Positions 1-10,534 of a DNA stretch of 55,058 nucleotides are shown piece by piece. Source of the DNA: a virus (taxonomy: Duplodnaviria > Caudoviricetes). The stretch lies in the IMG/VR virus record IMGVR_UViG_3300021520_000004, positions 1 to 55,058 of that record. One strand, 5' to 3'. The position numbers were made by a program, and so were the translations under genes. Every line of letters starts with the position of its first letter. Position 1 is the stretch's first letter. Under the pieces are notes generated by a model, which saw only the letters and a list, made by a program, of their open reading frames with translations, searched no databases and was not told the DNA's origin.

Positions 1-30
1 AGCCAATTCTTGAAACGTCACATAGGTCAT
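1..30 (-). CDS. 5' end of a probable Avd / four-helix-bundle protein (DGR accessory), truncated by window edge
   Basis: ATG at 30 reads MTYVTFQELA off the edge; the F-x-E-L start resembles Avd/four-helix-bundle proteins; lies 30 nt downstream of a CLec-type target gene. Only 10 codons visible. Confidence 0.45.
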   Translation of the reverse strand, partial: MTYVTFQELA

Positions 31-60
31 TTCAAAGACCAAAGGTCAAAAATCGAACAC

Positions 61-1629
61 TCACCTGGCCGAGCGAAAACCGATGCCGCCGCCCGCGTGG
101 CCCGCGGAGATGTTCGCGAGAGCTGCTCGCACCCCAGCGAGGGAACTGCCGTCCCAAGCGCCGCCCACAGAGAGGAGAGCTGGAATACCCTCGGTGTATC
201 CACCACTGTCGGGGTTATAGCTCTGGCCCAGGAAGTTGTATGCCTGGTCGCCCTCGTTGTAGCCTGCGCCCGTGCTCCACGAAGTGGCGCCGCCAACCGC
301 GCCGCCCACCCCAGCCCAGCCACCGCGCAGACCCCCGAAGAACTGTCCAACCCATTCCCAGATGTTGCCCACAGCGTCTGATACTCCGGCAGGGGAGTAC
401 CAGGAACGCGCAGTCTTGGTGGCGGTCCATACGGCAGTGCGTGGCCCAGTGCCACACAGAGTCCGCCCTGCTTGTGTCGGGTCGGCCGTCCCCTGTTGCG
501 AGCCCGTGGTATTCCAGCCGGGTTCTACCGTCGCGCTCAGTGTGGCGTCGGCGGTGTTATCCGTGTAGACGACGGTGGTGTTGTCCGCCAGAGCCGCCGT
601 ACCCGCGACGTGCAGATAGTAGGTGCTGCCGCCGACCTTGGTTCGGTAGAGCTTGCGAGCCGTGGTGCCCGCCGCACCAGTGGGGATACCGGAGAGAGCT
701 ATCTGGCCGTTCGTAGTGTAGTCCGCCACCGTGGTCCCGGCGTTGTCCGCGCCGCCGGTGGTTTCGCCGGTGGCGTTGACCAGCGTGACCTTGTACTTGT
801 ACACCCCGTTGCCCAGAACGCCCGCTCCCGCACCAGCGAGCGCGGAGGTCAACGCGGCGGGAGGTGCGAGATAGGTGGTCGTATCGTCATCGCTCGATCC
901 GTAGGCCGTGTTGCCGTTCATCCGAGCCGGCGTGATGCTGCCGGGGTTCCACTCCGCGCAGCCCAGCCATTCCTCCCAGGTAGGCATACGACAGCCCACA
1001 TTTCTGAGTGCGGCCATGGCGTCCCAGCCCTGAACCGTGTGCCAGGGCACGACACCGTAGCGACTGGTGGGGTAGGCGGAGGTTCCCACGGCCGATGCGG
1101 TCGCGTCCTCGTGGCTGGCAAGGTAGATGCCGATGGCGAGTGCGCCGATCTTCACCATGCCCGGAAGCGGTATACCTGGAGCAAGCTCGGGATGGGCGCG
1201 GTAGGGAGCGGCCATGTTCAGCAGGTCGTTGGAAGTGATCGAGTACTGGAAGATGGCCCCGTCGGCGCCGCCACCCACCACGTCCTTGCCGTTGTGGAAG
1301 TAGCCGAGCAGACGGCTATTGGTCAGCGTGTAGCCTGACGGCAGCAGTCCATCTCCAGCATGGGCCGTAGCGATGAGGGTCAGCTTCGGACCGTCCGGCG
1401 TGGCGAACACGGCGTAGTCCTTGCCCTGCGCGCGCGCCCCAGTGTCGAGGATGGAGAACGTGTAGGTGGTAGTCGCAGCCAGGCTCCAATAGGAGCCCCC
1501 AGTGAACTGCACCGCGCCTGGAGCGATGGAGAACGAATCATCGTCCACCCAGCCGAGCCGCAGGCCCTGACGGGCACCCAGAAAGCGACGGAATAGCTCA
1601 CCACGAGAGATGAGGCTCTGTGTTCTCAT
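61..1629 (-). CDS. DGR target-like virion protein, FGE-sulfatase/C-type lectin fold (Mtd-like)
   Basis: Motifs IGIYLAS, RMPTWEEW, DAVGNIWEWV and C-terminal VGGAW..AGV......IGFRSAR; tail-fibre-like N-terminus; internal Ig/FN3-like segment (YKYKVTLVN..GET..RKLYRT..YTDN). Confidence 0.85.
   Translation of the reverse strand: MRTQSLISRGELFRRFLGARQGLRLGWVDDDSFSIAPGAVQFTGGSYWSLAATTTYTFSILDTGARAQGKDYAVFATPDGPKLTLIATAHAGDGLLPSGYTLTNSRLLGYFHNGKDVVGGGADGAIFQYSITSNDLLNMAAPYRAHPELAPGIPLPGMVKIGALAIGIYLASHEDATASAVGTSAYPTSRYGVVPWHTVQGWDAMAALRNVGCRMPTWEEWLGCAEWNPGSITPARMNGNTAYGSSDDDTTTYLAPPAALTSALAGAGAGVLGNGVYKYKVTLVNATGETTGGADNAGTTVADYTTNGQIALSGIPTGAAGTTARKLYRTKVGGSTYYLHVAGTAALADNTTVVYTDNTADATLSATVEPGWNTTGSQQGTADPTQAGRTLCGTGPRTAVWTATKTARSWYSPAGVSDAVGNIWEWVGQFFGGLRGGWAGVGGAVGGATSWSTGAGYNEGDQAYNFLGQSYNPDSGGYTEGIPALLSVGGAWDGSSLAGVRAALANISAGHAGGGIGFRSAR
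64..170 (-). other. Putative DGR variable region (VR)
   Basis: 3' end of CLec gene; positions that are Asn in typical template repeats hold NNC/NNT codons (GCT,GAC,GGC,CTC,CTC,AAC,ATC,CAC,GGC,GGC,GGC), compatible with A-to-N mutagenesis of AAY. No TR or RT seen in the window. Confidence 0.65.
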
Positions 1630-1632
1630 CGC

Positions 1633-2502
1633 CTAGGCCCCCTTGGTCTGCGAGCAATGGATTGTGGCCGAAGTGGCTCCCGTGCGGATGAACTTGGCAG
1701 CGACGGCCAGTGCCTTGCTCCAGGTGCCCCAGTCCCCGGCCTCCAGAATGTGCCCATCGGTGGCCGTAGGCGCGGAGCCGTCGAAGGTCACCCGGACTTG
1801 AGCAGTCTGCACATCGAGTATGACGTGGGTCGTGTCCGCATGGAAGGCGGCGAATTGCACCCCACCTGCCGTGGCGTCCACGGTGAGGGCCTGATCGGCC
1901 TGGGTGGAGTTGGGGACGAGGTTGGTGGGGTTGAGCGGAACGGTGACGGCCCTCATGGCCGGATTCTGTTCCATGTAGCTGATCTCTTTGAGCACCTGCA
2001 TGGCGGTCACGGGCGTGGTGTCGGTAGCCGTGCTCTTCGCATCTGCCTTAGCTCCGAGGGTCACATCGGCCCCATCGGAGATTGCGCCAGGAACAGCCGT
2101 ACCACCGGATATGCCCTCCACGATGACCGAACGCGCGCCGGCGCCCAGCGGCAACTCTTTGTACTGCGGCGTTCCATCGTTCGACTTGCCGCCGACAATG
2201 TTGATCTTGCTGGGGGCGGTGGTGCCTTGCGCGACCAGACAGTCGTCGATGATCTGAACCGCCGTCTTGATGTCGCTGGCACTGGCTTCGGTGACCGTGC
2301 CCGTCGTGGTAACGGCCCCAGTAATAGGTACCGCCGACGCCCGCAACTGCGTGTCGGTCAACGGGTTGGCCGCCATGGCCCCCGCCAGTTGAGCGATGTC
2401 GGCGTCGGAGAGATCCACCGTCACCTTTCCGCCCGCGACGGTATTGGCGATGTCGCTCAGGTACCCCATGATCGTTCGGAGCATGGTCTGTGGCGAAATC
2501 AT
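1633..2502 (-). CDS. Virion structural protein (fibre/decoration-like, Thr/Ala/Gly-rich)
   Basis: 289 aa from ATG overlapping the upstream stop (ATGA); LTDTQLRASAVP and VRVTFDGSAPTATDGHIL segments resemble phage structural proteins. Confidence 0.65.
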   Translation of the reverse strand: MISPQTMLRTIMGYLSDIANTVAGGKVTVDLSDADIAQLAGAMAANPLTDTQLRASAVPITGAVTTTGTVTEASASDIKTAVQIIDDCLVAQGTTAPSKINIVGGKSNDGTPQYKELPLGAGARSVIVEGISGGTAVPGAISDGADVTLGAKADAKSTATDTTPVTAMQVLKEISYMEQNPAMRAVTVPLNPTNLVPNSTQADQALTVDATAGGVQFAAFHADTTHVILDVQTAQVRVTFDGSAPTATDGHILEAGDWGTWSKALAVAAKFIRTGATSATIHCSQTKGA

Positions 2503-3023
2503 GGTTTTACTCCTTCCATTTCGGGCGCGAAGGCCTTGAGGCCCTCGATCGAACCGGTGCGGATCGCTTCTTCGTCGCCGTTGATGAGGGCGTCTTCCTC
2601 GCCGGCGGCCAGCAGTTGCTCCATCTCGTCGCCAGTGACGGCCTGACCGCGCGAGAGGGCACCCACGCCGCCCCAGGCCGCGGCCTGCTCCCCGATGACC
2701 TTGACGGCCCCCACGAGCTCGCGGACGGTGGCAGTGCCGAGCTTCAGGGACAGAAGGCGCAGCCCCTCGAAGACGATGGGGATGGCGGCGTCCACGAGGT
2801 TCTTGCGCTGCTCCTCCTGGATGCGGTCCCACTCCTCACCCGAGAGAAGGTGTCGCCACTTGGTGACAGTGTTCTCAGAACAGCCCACGAGTTGGGCGAT
2901 CTCGGGCCGAGGTCGGCCGGCGGCGCAGAGCAGGGAGATCTGGACGCGCTGTTCTGGGGTGAGGCTATGCCCCGTCTCCTGTTTTGATGGCACTCTTCGT
3001 ACAAACTCCTTCACGGGCATCAT
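2499..3023 (-). CDS. Terminase small subunit-like protein (paralog of the gene upstream of TerL)
   Basis: N-terminal HTH (RPEIAQLVGCSENTVTKWR); C-terminal 48 aa align without gaps to the ORF at 54904-55058. Confidence 0.7.
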   Translation of the reverse strand: MMPVKEFVRRVPSKQETGHSLTPEQRVQISLLCAAGRPRPEIAQLVGCSENTVTKWRHLLSGEEWDRIQEEQRKNLVDAAIPIVFEGLRLLSLKLGTATVRELVGAVKVIGEQAAAWGGVGALSRGQAVTGDEMEQLLAAGEEDALINGDEEAIRTGSIEGLKAFAPEMEGVKP

Positions 3024-3305
3024 TCACCCCCTTCTATCCGCTATCTCAGCCGCTTCCATCAGGGTGCTTCTGACCCGGTCTGGACCCCAGCTGGGGAACT
3101 TGAACAGCAACGCCGAACCCAGCCCATTCACGAAGTCGTGGTCCTCCTGCGACTCCCCCGCGATGAGTGCGGCACGGTCCTCGATCATGTCGGCCAGCAT
3201 CTCCATGAAGTCGTCCTCCCGGCGGGCCGGCTTGGCCGACTTGCGGAACTCGATCTCCTCGACGATGGGTCGCGCCTGTGTCATGAGGTCGTCGAGGCCG
3301 ATCAT
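3024..3305 (-). CDS. Hypothetical protein
   Basis: 93-aa ORF tightly packed between neighbours (ATGA overlap upstream, abutting downstream). Confidence 0.65.
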   Translation of the reverse strand: MIGLDDLMTQARPIVEEIEFRKSAKPARREDDFMEMLADMIEDRAALIAGESQEDHDFVNGLGSALLFKFPSWGPDRVRSTLMEAAEIADRRG

Positions 3306-3565
3306 TTCAGGAACGCTTCCACAACGACCGCCACAATCAGCCCGGCGCCGACGCTCAGCGTCCCGAAGAAGAGCTTGTCGACCTTGCTCTCGATGCGCTC
3401 AAGGCTGCCGTTCTGCCGCTCCTGCCACTTCTCCAGCGAGAGGAATCGCTGATCGCACGCGCCACGGATACACGCCGTCATCTCGCGCTCGGTTTCGCTG
3501 GACTCCGCCCGGCGCTCGGGTCCGATGTAGCCGGGGACTATGACGGTGCGGGAGTAGTCGGTCAT
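3302..3565 (-). CDS. Small coiled-coil + C-terminal TM protein (XhlA/holin-like)
   Basis: GAGGAGG RBS; QNGSLERIESKVDKL coil then hydrophobic FFGTLSVGAGLIVAVVV. Confidence 0.65.
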   Translation of the reverse strand: MTDYSRTVIVPGYIGPERRAESSETEREMTACIRGACDQRFLSLEKWQERQNGSLERIESKVDKLFFGTLSVGAGLIVAVVVEAFLK

Positions 3566-3590
3566 GGACACCTCCTCGGTGTTGGGGCTA

Positions 3591-3617
3591 GGTAGCGGCG
3601 GCAGGACTCGAACCTGC
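3591..3617 (-). other. tRNA 3'-end-like fragment (T-arm + acceptor 3' strand)
   Basis: Minus strand GCAGG-TTCGAGT-CCTGC-CGCCGCT-ACC; no D-arm or anticodon arm upstream (HNH coding sequence instead). Confidence 0.6.
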
Positions 3618-3618
3618 G

Positions 3619-4343
3619 CTAGGACCGCTCGACCCAGTGCATCTTGCGGTGGCAGTTGGCGCAGAGGACGATGCACTTGGCTACCTCGTCCAGGATCCTC
3701 TTCCTGCTCCAGTTACGGGCGATCATGGTGCTTATGTTCGCGTCCTTCTCATTCGGATCGCGGTGGTGAAAATCCAGAGTCGCCGGATGGCTTTCTCCGC
3801 ACTGCTCACAAGTGAGGTGCGACTTGAACGCCCGCCACCACTCCACATGTGCATCTTCTCAGCCTCGGCTTCGGTACGGGTCTGCCGGTTGGACTCGATG
3901 GCCGCCAGCCGTTCGAGGTAGCCGGGATTGAGGCGTTCTTGGCGTTCGCGCTTCATGACGCTCTCACAGGCTTTGCAGCGGTACTGGAAACCGGAGGGAG
4001 ACGACGTGTCTCTATGCCAGAACTCGGTGGTGGCCGACTTTACTTCGCCGCACAGGGGACAACGAATGGCACCCTGTGCTTTGGCCGCTTCACGAGCGTC
4101 GAGTTCGGCTATGCGTTTCGGGGAAAGTTTGCGGCGTCTTGCACCGTCGGTATGGCACGCTTTACACCACCCTGACCAGCCACCACCACGGCGGTTCTTC
4201 TCGCGGTACCAGTACGAGGTGTCTAGAGGGAGTGTGCGCTTGCAGGCGGGACACGTTTTGAGGGGAGGCTCGATTTCTGACCCCCCCCGTGTTTGGCCAT
4301 GACGATGCTTGGGGCGCCGAGCGCCATGGACCTTGACCGGCAT
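3619..4343 (-). pseudogene. Zn-finger + HNH endonuclease split by a frameshift near 3846-3858 (start uncertain)
   Basis: Upstream frame has two CxxC..CKAC units; the -1 frame continues CEQCGESHPATLDFHH...CIVLCANCHRKMH (HNH). May alternatively be two genes. Confidence 0.65.
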
Positions 4344-4590
4344 CCCCAGGCCCCTGCCGAGGCCCGAAACAGACTCGATCGAGGCGAAACACGGGGGGTG
4401 GTGGCTCGATTCGAGGTCAAACCTGCACATGCGTATCGTTTCTACATAGGAAACGCTACAGCTGGGCACATCTGAGTCAGGTACGCTCATTGGTTGCGCT
4501 CTGGCTTACCATTCAAGGTTCGGCGATATTACCAATGAGCCAATAGTGTGGGCCGGGCACAGTCCTAGAACGCTGTTCACGACTGGTGGA

Positions 4591-4631
4591 GCTCAGAGAC
4601 GCTCAGAGACGCACGACGCATGCTCAGAGAC
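4591..4631 (+). repeat. Three copies of GCTCAGAGAC
   Basis: Exact 10-mers at 4591, 4601 and 4622 in an intergenic region. Confidence 0.85.
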
Positions 4632-5046
4632 GCGCGCCGCGCTGGTCCGCTGTTCAAGCCTCAAGGAATCATGATGCGCTGCTTGTATGCGCTGCTGTTC
4701 TGCATGCTCACGCTGCCGTGGTGAGTCGTGGTGTTGGCTCGTGCCGTACTGCCCTTCGCGCTGCCGCGCTCCAGAGTAGATTGAGAATGCCCCTGGGTAT
4801 GCCCAAACGCTCGGCTACGAGCGTTTCCTACCGACCACCCAGGATTATCGCCTGCCGACCACGACTGGCGTACGCACGGCGTGAGGTCGCTATCGCGTTG
4901 CGTGAGCACGCTGCCTCGGGGCGCCGAACGTCGATGCTCCTCTAACGAGCGATGCGCGGATGGTGGGTCCGTCTCCTGGAGTGTACGCCGATTGGCGGAC
5001 GAAATGCAAGCGCCGAGAGATTCTCTATAGTAGTGTCCGATATCGC

Positions 5047-5075
5047 TTGACATGCAGCAGAGCATGATGTAGAGT
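5047..5075 (+). promoter_or_regulatory. Sigma70-type promoter for the plus-strand island
   Basis: TTGACA-17 nt-TAGAGT; CATGC..GCATG inverted repeat overlapping -35 and spacer. Confidence 0.7.
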
Positions 5076-5145
5076 CGGCTTATCAGAGAGCGGCGCCCGT
5101 AGGACGGCAATCCCCGGGCGCCAGGATAGCGAAAGGACCGCTACC

Positions 5146-5361
5146 ATGAAAGATTCTACTGCATCCATCCCCACCACGTACAGCATCGCCATGCTCGCCC
5201 GCCGCAACAAGTACAACGATCCGATCATCCTGCTCGAAACACGCGACGCATACACGGCATGGTCGCAATGGCGGACCCTTTGCCCAGACCTGCCGGACCG
5301 CACTATCCTGAGCGCTTGGGATGGACACAGCCGCCGCACGTTGGCCGTTAAGGTCGCGTGA
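5146..5361 (+). CDS. Hypothetical protein
   Basis: AAAGGA RBS, 71 aa, first ORF after the promoter. Confidence 0.55.
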   Translation: MKDSTASIPTTYSIAMLARRNKYNDPIILLETRDAYTAWSQWRTLCPDLPDRTILSAWDGHSRRTLAVKVA

Positions 5362-5430
5362 TGACCACCACGACCGAATCCCCCCACGGGGGGACGCAGG
5401 AAGCCGAAGAGAAATGAGACAGGAGGAACG

Positions 5431-5652
5431 ATGAAACGCTACACCTGCCCACTAGGGCGCCGGTCCGACTACCCGCACCCGGCACCGGAGCGCACCGCGT
5501 ACCGGGTAAGTGCCTGTCTCGCCGATGACTGCTACCAGGTATGGCCGAACCGGCCGAGCATGGCGCGCAGTGTCAGGATGCAGCAGACCCGTGAGCACCG
5601 CACGGGCGACTGGGTACCCATGGTGAAACTGTCCGACGTGGAGGGGTACTGA
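5431..5652 (+). CDS. Hypothetical protein
   Basis: AGGAGG RBS, 73 aa. Confidence 0.6.
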   Translation: MKRYTCPLGRRSDYPHPAPERTAYRVSACLADDCYQVWPNRPSMARSVRMQQTREHRTGDWVPMVKLSDVEGY

Positions 5653-5727
5653 CATGCAAGGGCGGCCGACCGCACCCGAGCCAATGGGCAATCGTAGGAC
5701 TCCAGACTCCGGAACGAAAGGACGTCA

Positions 5728-6084
5728 ATGAACAAGCGTCTGACCCTCACCCGCGGGCAAGACCCCTTCCCGATCGTCTCGTTTCGCGATATCGCCAGGC
5801 GCAGCGGAACGCTGGAGGACACGGTGAGCAAATGGATACTCCGCGGTCGGGGACCGAAACCCATCGGCGCCTGCGCCGCCGGCGCCCTGTACTGGTGGCC
5901 GGACTGGCTGGAGTGGTTCGCCGCCAAGCGGCCGGCGGTGCTCGCTGCAATGAGCAATGGGGGGACTCCGGAATCGGCTCTGGCGCCCATCAAGCCGCGG
6001 CCGCCCTGCAATAGCGACGCTGTGGACTCCTGTGCCGACTGCGAATGCACCGCGGACGAGTGCGATTTGAGGGAGGAGTCATGA
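5728..6084 (+). CDS. AlpA/excisionase-like HTH protein with Cys-rich tail
   Basis: IVSFRDIARRSGTLEDTVSKWILRGRGPKP..LYWWPDWLEWF; AAAGGA RBS; ATGA overlap with the recombinase. Confidence 0.7.
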   Translation: MNKRLTLTRGQDPFPIVSFRDIARRSGTLEDTVSKWILRGRGPKPIGACAAGALYWWPDWLEWFAAKRPAVLAAMSNGGTPESALAPIKPRPPCNSDAVDSCADCECTADECDLREES

Positions 6085-6677
6085 CCACCGCGACCCGCCA
6101 CCGCGTCACCGTCCCCGAGGGCCTATCCCGCATGGAGTTCGACCGCCTGATGGACCCGCACACGGTGGGCGATCCGCGCGCCTCGACCTATGCCCGGGAC
6201 CGCATGCTGCTCGAGCTGCTCGCCGGGACGGGGCTGCGCATCAATGAGGCGTTGACACTCAATCGGGATCGGGTGGACTTGGTGGAGCGAAGCATCTGGG
6301 TCCCGGCAGCGCTCAGCAAATCGGGCCGCGCTCGAAAAGTGTACGTGGGAGACACGCTGGTGGGCAAGCTCCGCGCGTACCTCGATTCGCTGCCCGCAAC
6401 GCAATGGGCATTGTTCAGTACCCGCACCGGCGCGCGCCTAACGGATTCGCATGTGCGAAGACTCTTCAAGAAGTTCGCCATGCGCGCAGGAATCGACCCG
6501 GAGCGGTGCCACCCTCATGCCATGAGACATTGCTATGCAAGCCGCTTCTTGGGGAATGGCGGGACGCTCGAAGCTCTGAAAACGCAACTGGGTCATAGCA
6601 GTACCCAGGTGACCAGCATCTATTTGCAGGGAAGTTCTTGGCAAAGGGCGGACGAAGCGCAGAAGCTGGACCTGTAG
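6081..6677 (+). CDS. Tyrosine recombinase, catalytic domain only (198 aa)
   Basis: TGLRINE (R), SKSGR (K), HAMRH (HxxR), LGHS, TSIYL (Y); GGAGGAG RBS; no N-terminal binding domains. Confidence 0.92.
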   Translation: MTTATRHRVTVPEGLSRMEFDRLMDPHTVGDPRASTYARDRMLLELLAGTGLRINEALTLNRDRVDLVERSIWVPAALSKSGRARKVYVGDTLVGKLRAYLDSLPATQWALFSTRTGARLTDSHVRRLFKKFAMRAGIDPERCHPHAMRHCYASRFLGNGGTLEALKTQLGHSSTQVTSIYLQGSSWQRADEAQKLDL

Positions 6678-6739
6678 CCGGACCAATGGGGCGGCCGTGG
6701 ACTTGGCAATGCGGTCACCCTGGACTCCGGGAGAAATGC

Positions 6740-6772
6740 GAAGCGCCACAAGGCGGGTACCTGTGGCGCTTC
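6740..6772. terminator. 11-bp hairpin between convergent genes
   Basis: GAAGCGCCACA-11 nt-TGTGGCGCTTC; weak U-tracts. Confidence 0.55.
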
Positions 6773-6850
6773 TCGAAACGGCTGGCGAGCCTTGGGTAGC
6801 TCATGGCTTTTGCTACCTTATCCGATAGTACACTAACGCTCGATGAGAAG

Positions 6851-8887
<2,037 letters not shown>

Positions 8888-8891
<4 letters not shown>

Positions 8892-10534
8892 GCCTGGCCG
8901 CCTTCCAGAACCGACCAGCCCTGTTCTCTCATGCGATCCTCCAATGGGTCTTGAATGGCGAAGGTCAGCGCCTTCCCGTCGAACAGGAAGGGTATCGGCC
9001 GGCCGGCGGCCGCGTGACGGCTCTTGGCGACAATGAAGCGACCCTCACACTCACCGGTCGGGTGCCCGTGCTCGTCGTCCTTGGATTCATCGCGGTATAC
9101 GATCACGATGTGGTCGGCGTCTGCCTCCAGCGCGCCCGAGTTGCGGAGGTCGAACATGGTGGGGATATGCGGTTCCTTGGAGCCCCTGTCCGGCGGCCGC
9201 GTCAGTTGCGAGAGAGCCACGGTCGGCACTTTGTATTCGAGCGAGAGGTCCTTCAACCCCCTCGATATCTTGGTGGTGCCGTCGTACAGGCTGTCTCTGC
9301 CCATATCCATAAGGCCGATATAGTCGATGGCGACGAGGTCCGGCTTCAGCTCTACCACCCGCTCAGCTATCGCCGGGATCGTCTTCTCCTTGCAGTACAG
9401 CACGTTTTCGTAGCCGGGCAGGTTGTACGCCAGGTCGAAGGCCAGGCGGTCGTCGTCGGTCATCCGGTTGCCGTAGAGACGCCCGGTATCCAGGCCCCAA
9501 CGCTGGATCATGCGCAAGCCGAGTTCCTCCTTGCTCATTTCGAGCGAGTTCAGCAGTACCCGCTGCCCACGCTTGCCCGCCGCGAAGCAGATCTCGAGCA
9601 AGGCTGCGGTCTTTCCCGAGCTCGGATACCCGGCCCAGATGATGAACCACCCTGGGCGCATGCCGCGGGTCCGGCGGTTCAGGATCTGCCAGGGATAGTC
9701 CACTCCCGGGGGCATCGGTTCCGTCTTGTACCTGCCGAGTCCCCCGATGATCGCCTTCATGTCGGTCACACCGGGGATGGTGGCCGGACTTTGCACTAGT
9801 CGCTTGAGATCTTCGAGCGTCCCGCCGGCGCGCACCCAATCGGTGACGTCACCCTTCTGGGGCAACCCGGGCAACTGGATGATCCTCACGCTCTTGACCC
9901 TGCCATCCAGTGAGGCATTCACGGTTCGCGCGTGTTCTATCCCGGCTTCGTCGTTGTCCGGGAGGATGACCACGTGAGCGTCCTCGAGGTATTCCGCGAA
10001 CTCCTCCAGCCACTTGCCCGCGCCGCCGGCGTTGGTAGTCGCCACCAGATTCCAGGCCTCGAGAGTGTGAACGTCCTTCTCGCCCTCGACGATGAAGATG
10101 CGTCGGCCGGCCATGGCAGCCGTGATGACCTGTGGCAGCCGGTAGGGCACGCGCCGAACGTCTCCCAGCTTCCACTCCCAGCCACCGCTTGCATCGGGGC
10201 GGCGCTGTCGGAAGCCCTTCGGGTTCATGCGGCAGACCTGGAACAGAAGCGTCCCGTACTCGTCGACGTAGTCGTAGGTAGCCGTGATGGTGGCGTGCTC
10301 CGGTGCCGGTCGTTCCCGGTCCGGCAGGAGGTCGGTCGCCTCAAGCCCCATGGCCGCGATGATGTGCTCGAACGCGCAGCCGGCGTGGCACTTGACCAGC
10401 ACCCTTCCGTCGCCGCCTTGGGTCACTGAGAGGCTCTGACGCCGGTCTCCGTGAGCGGGGCACCTGGCAATGTAGGCGCCGCCGGATTTCTTCACGCCCT
10501 CGAGCTTGGCCAGGAACTGATCGAGGATAATCAC
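8888..10534 (-). CDS. Primase-helicase fusion (Zn finger, TOPRIM, DnaB-like)
   Basis: CPAH..CHAGC; VEGEKD and PDND; GYPSSGKT, IDYIGL, LSQLTR, LRNSGALEADAD, AKSRH. Confidence 0.93.

Noticed and set aside
3591-3670. Complete tRNA gene
   Set aside because: Only the T-arm and 3' acceptor strand fold; reported as a fragment.
4661-5110. 149-aa minus-strand ORF
   Set aside because: Atypical composition, overlaps the plus-strand promoter, no RBS or motifs.
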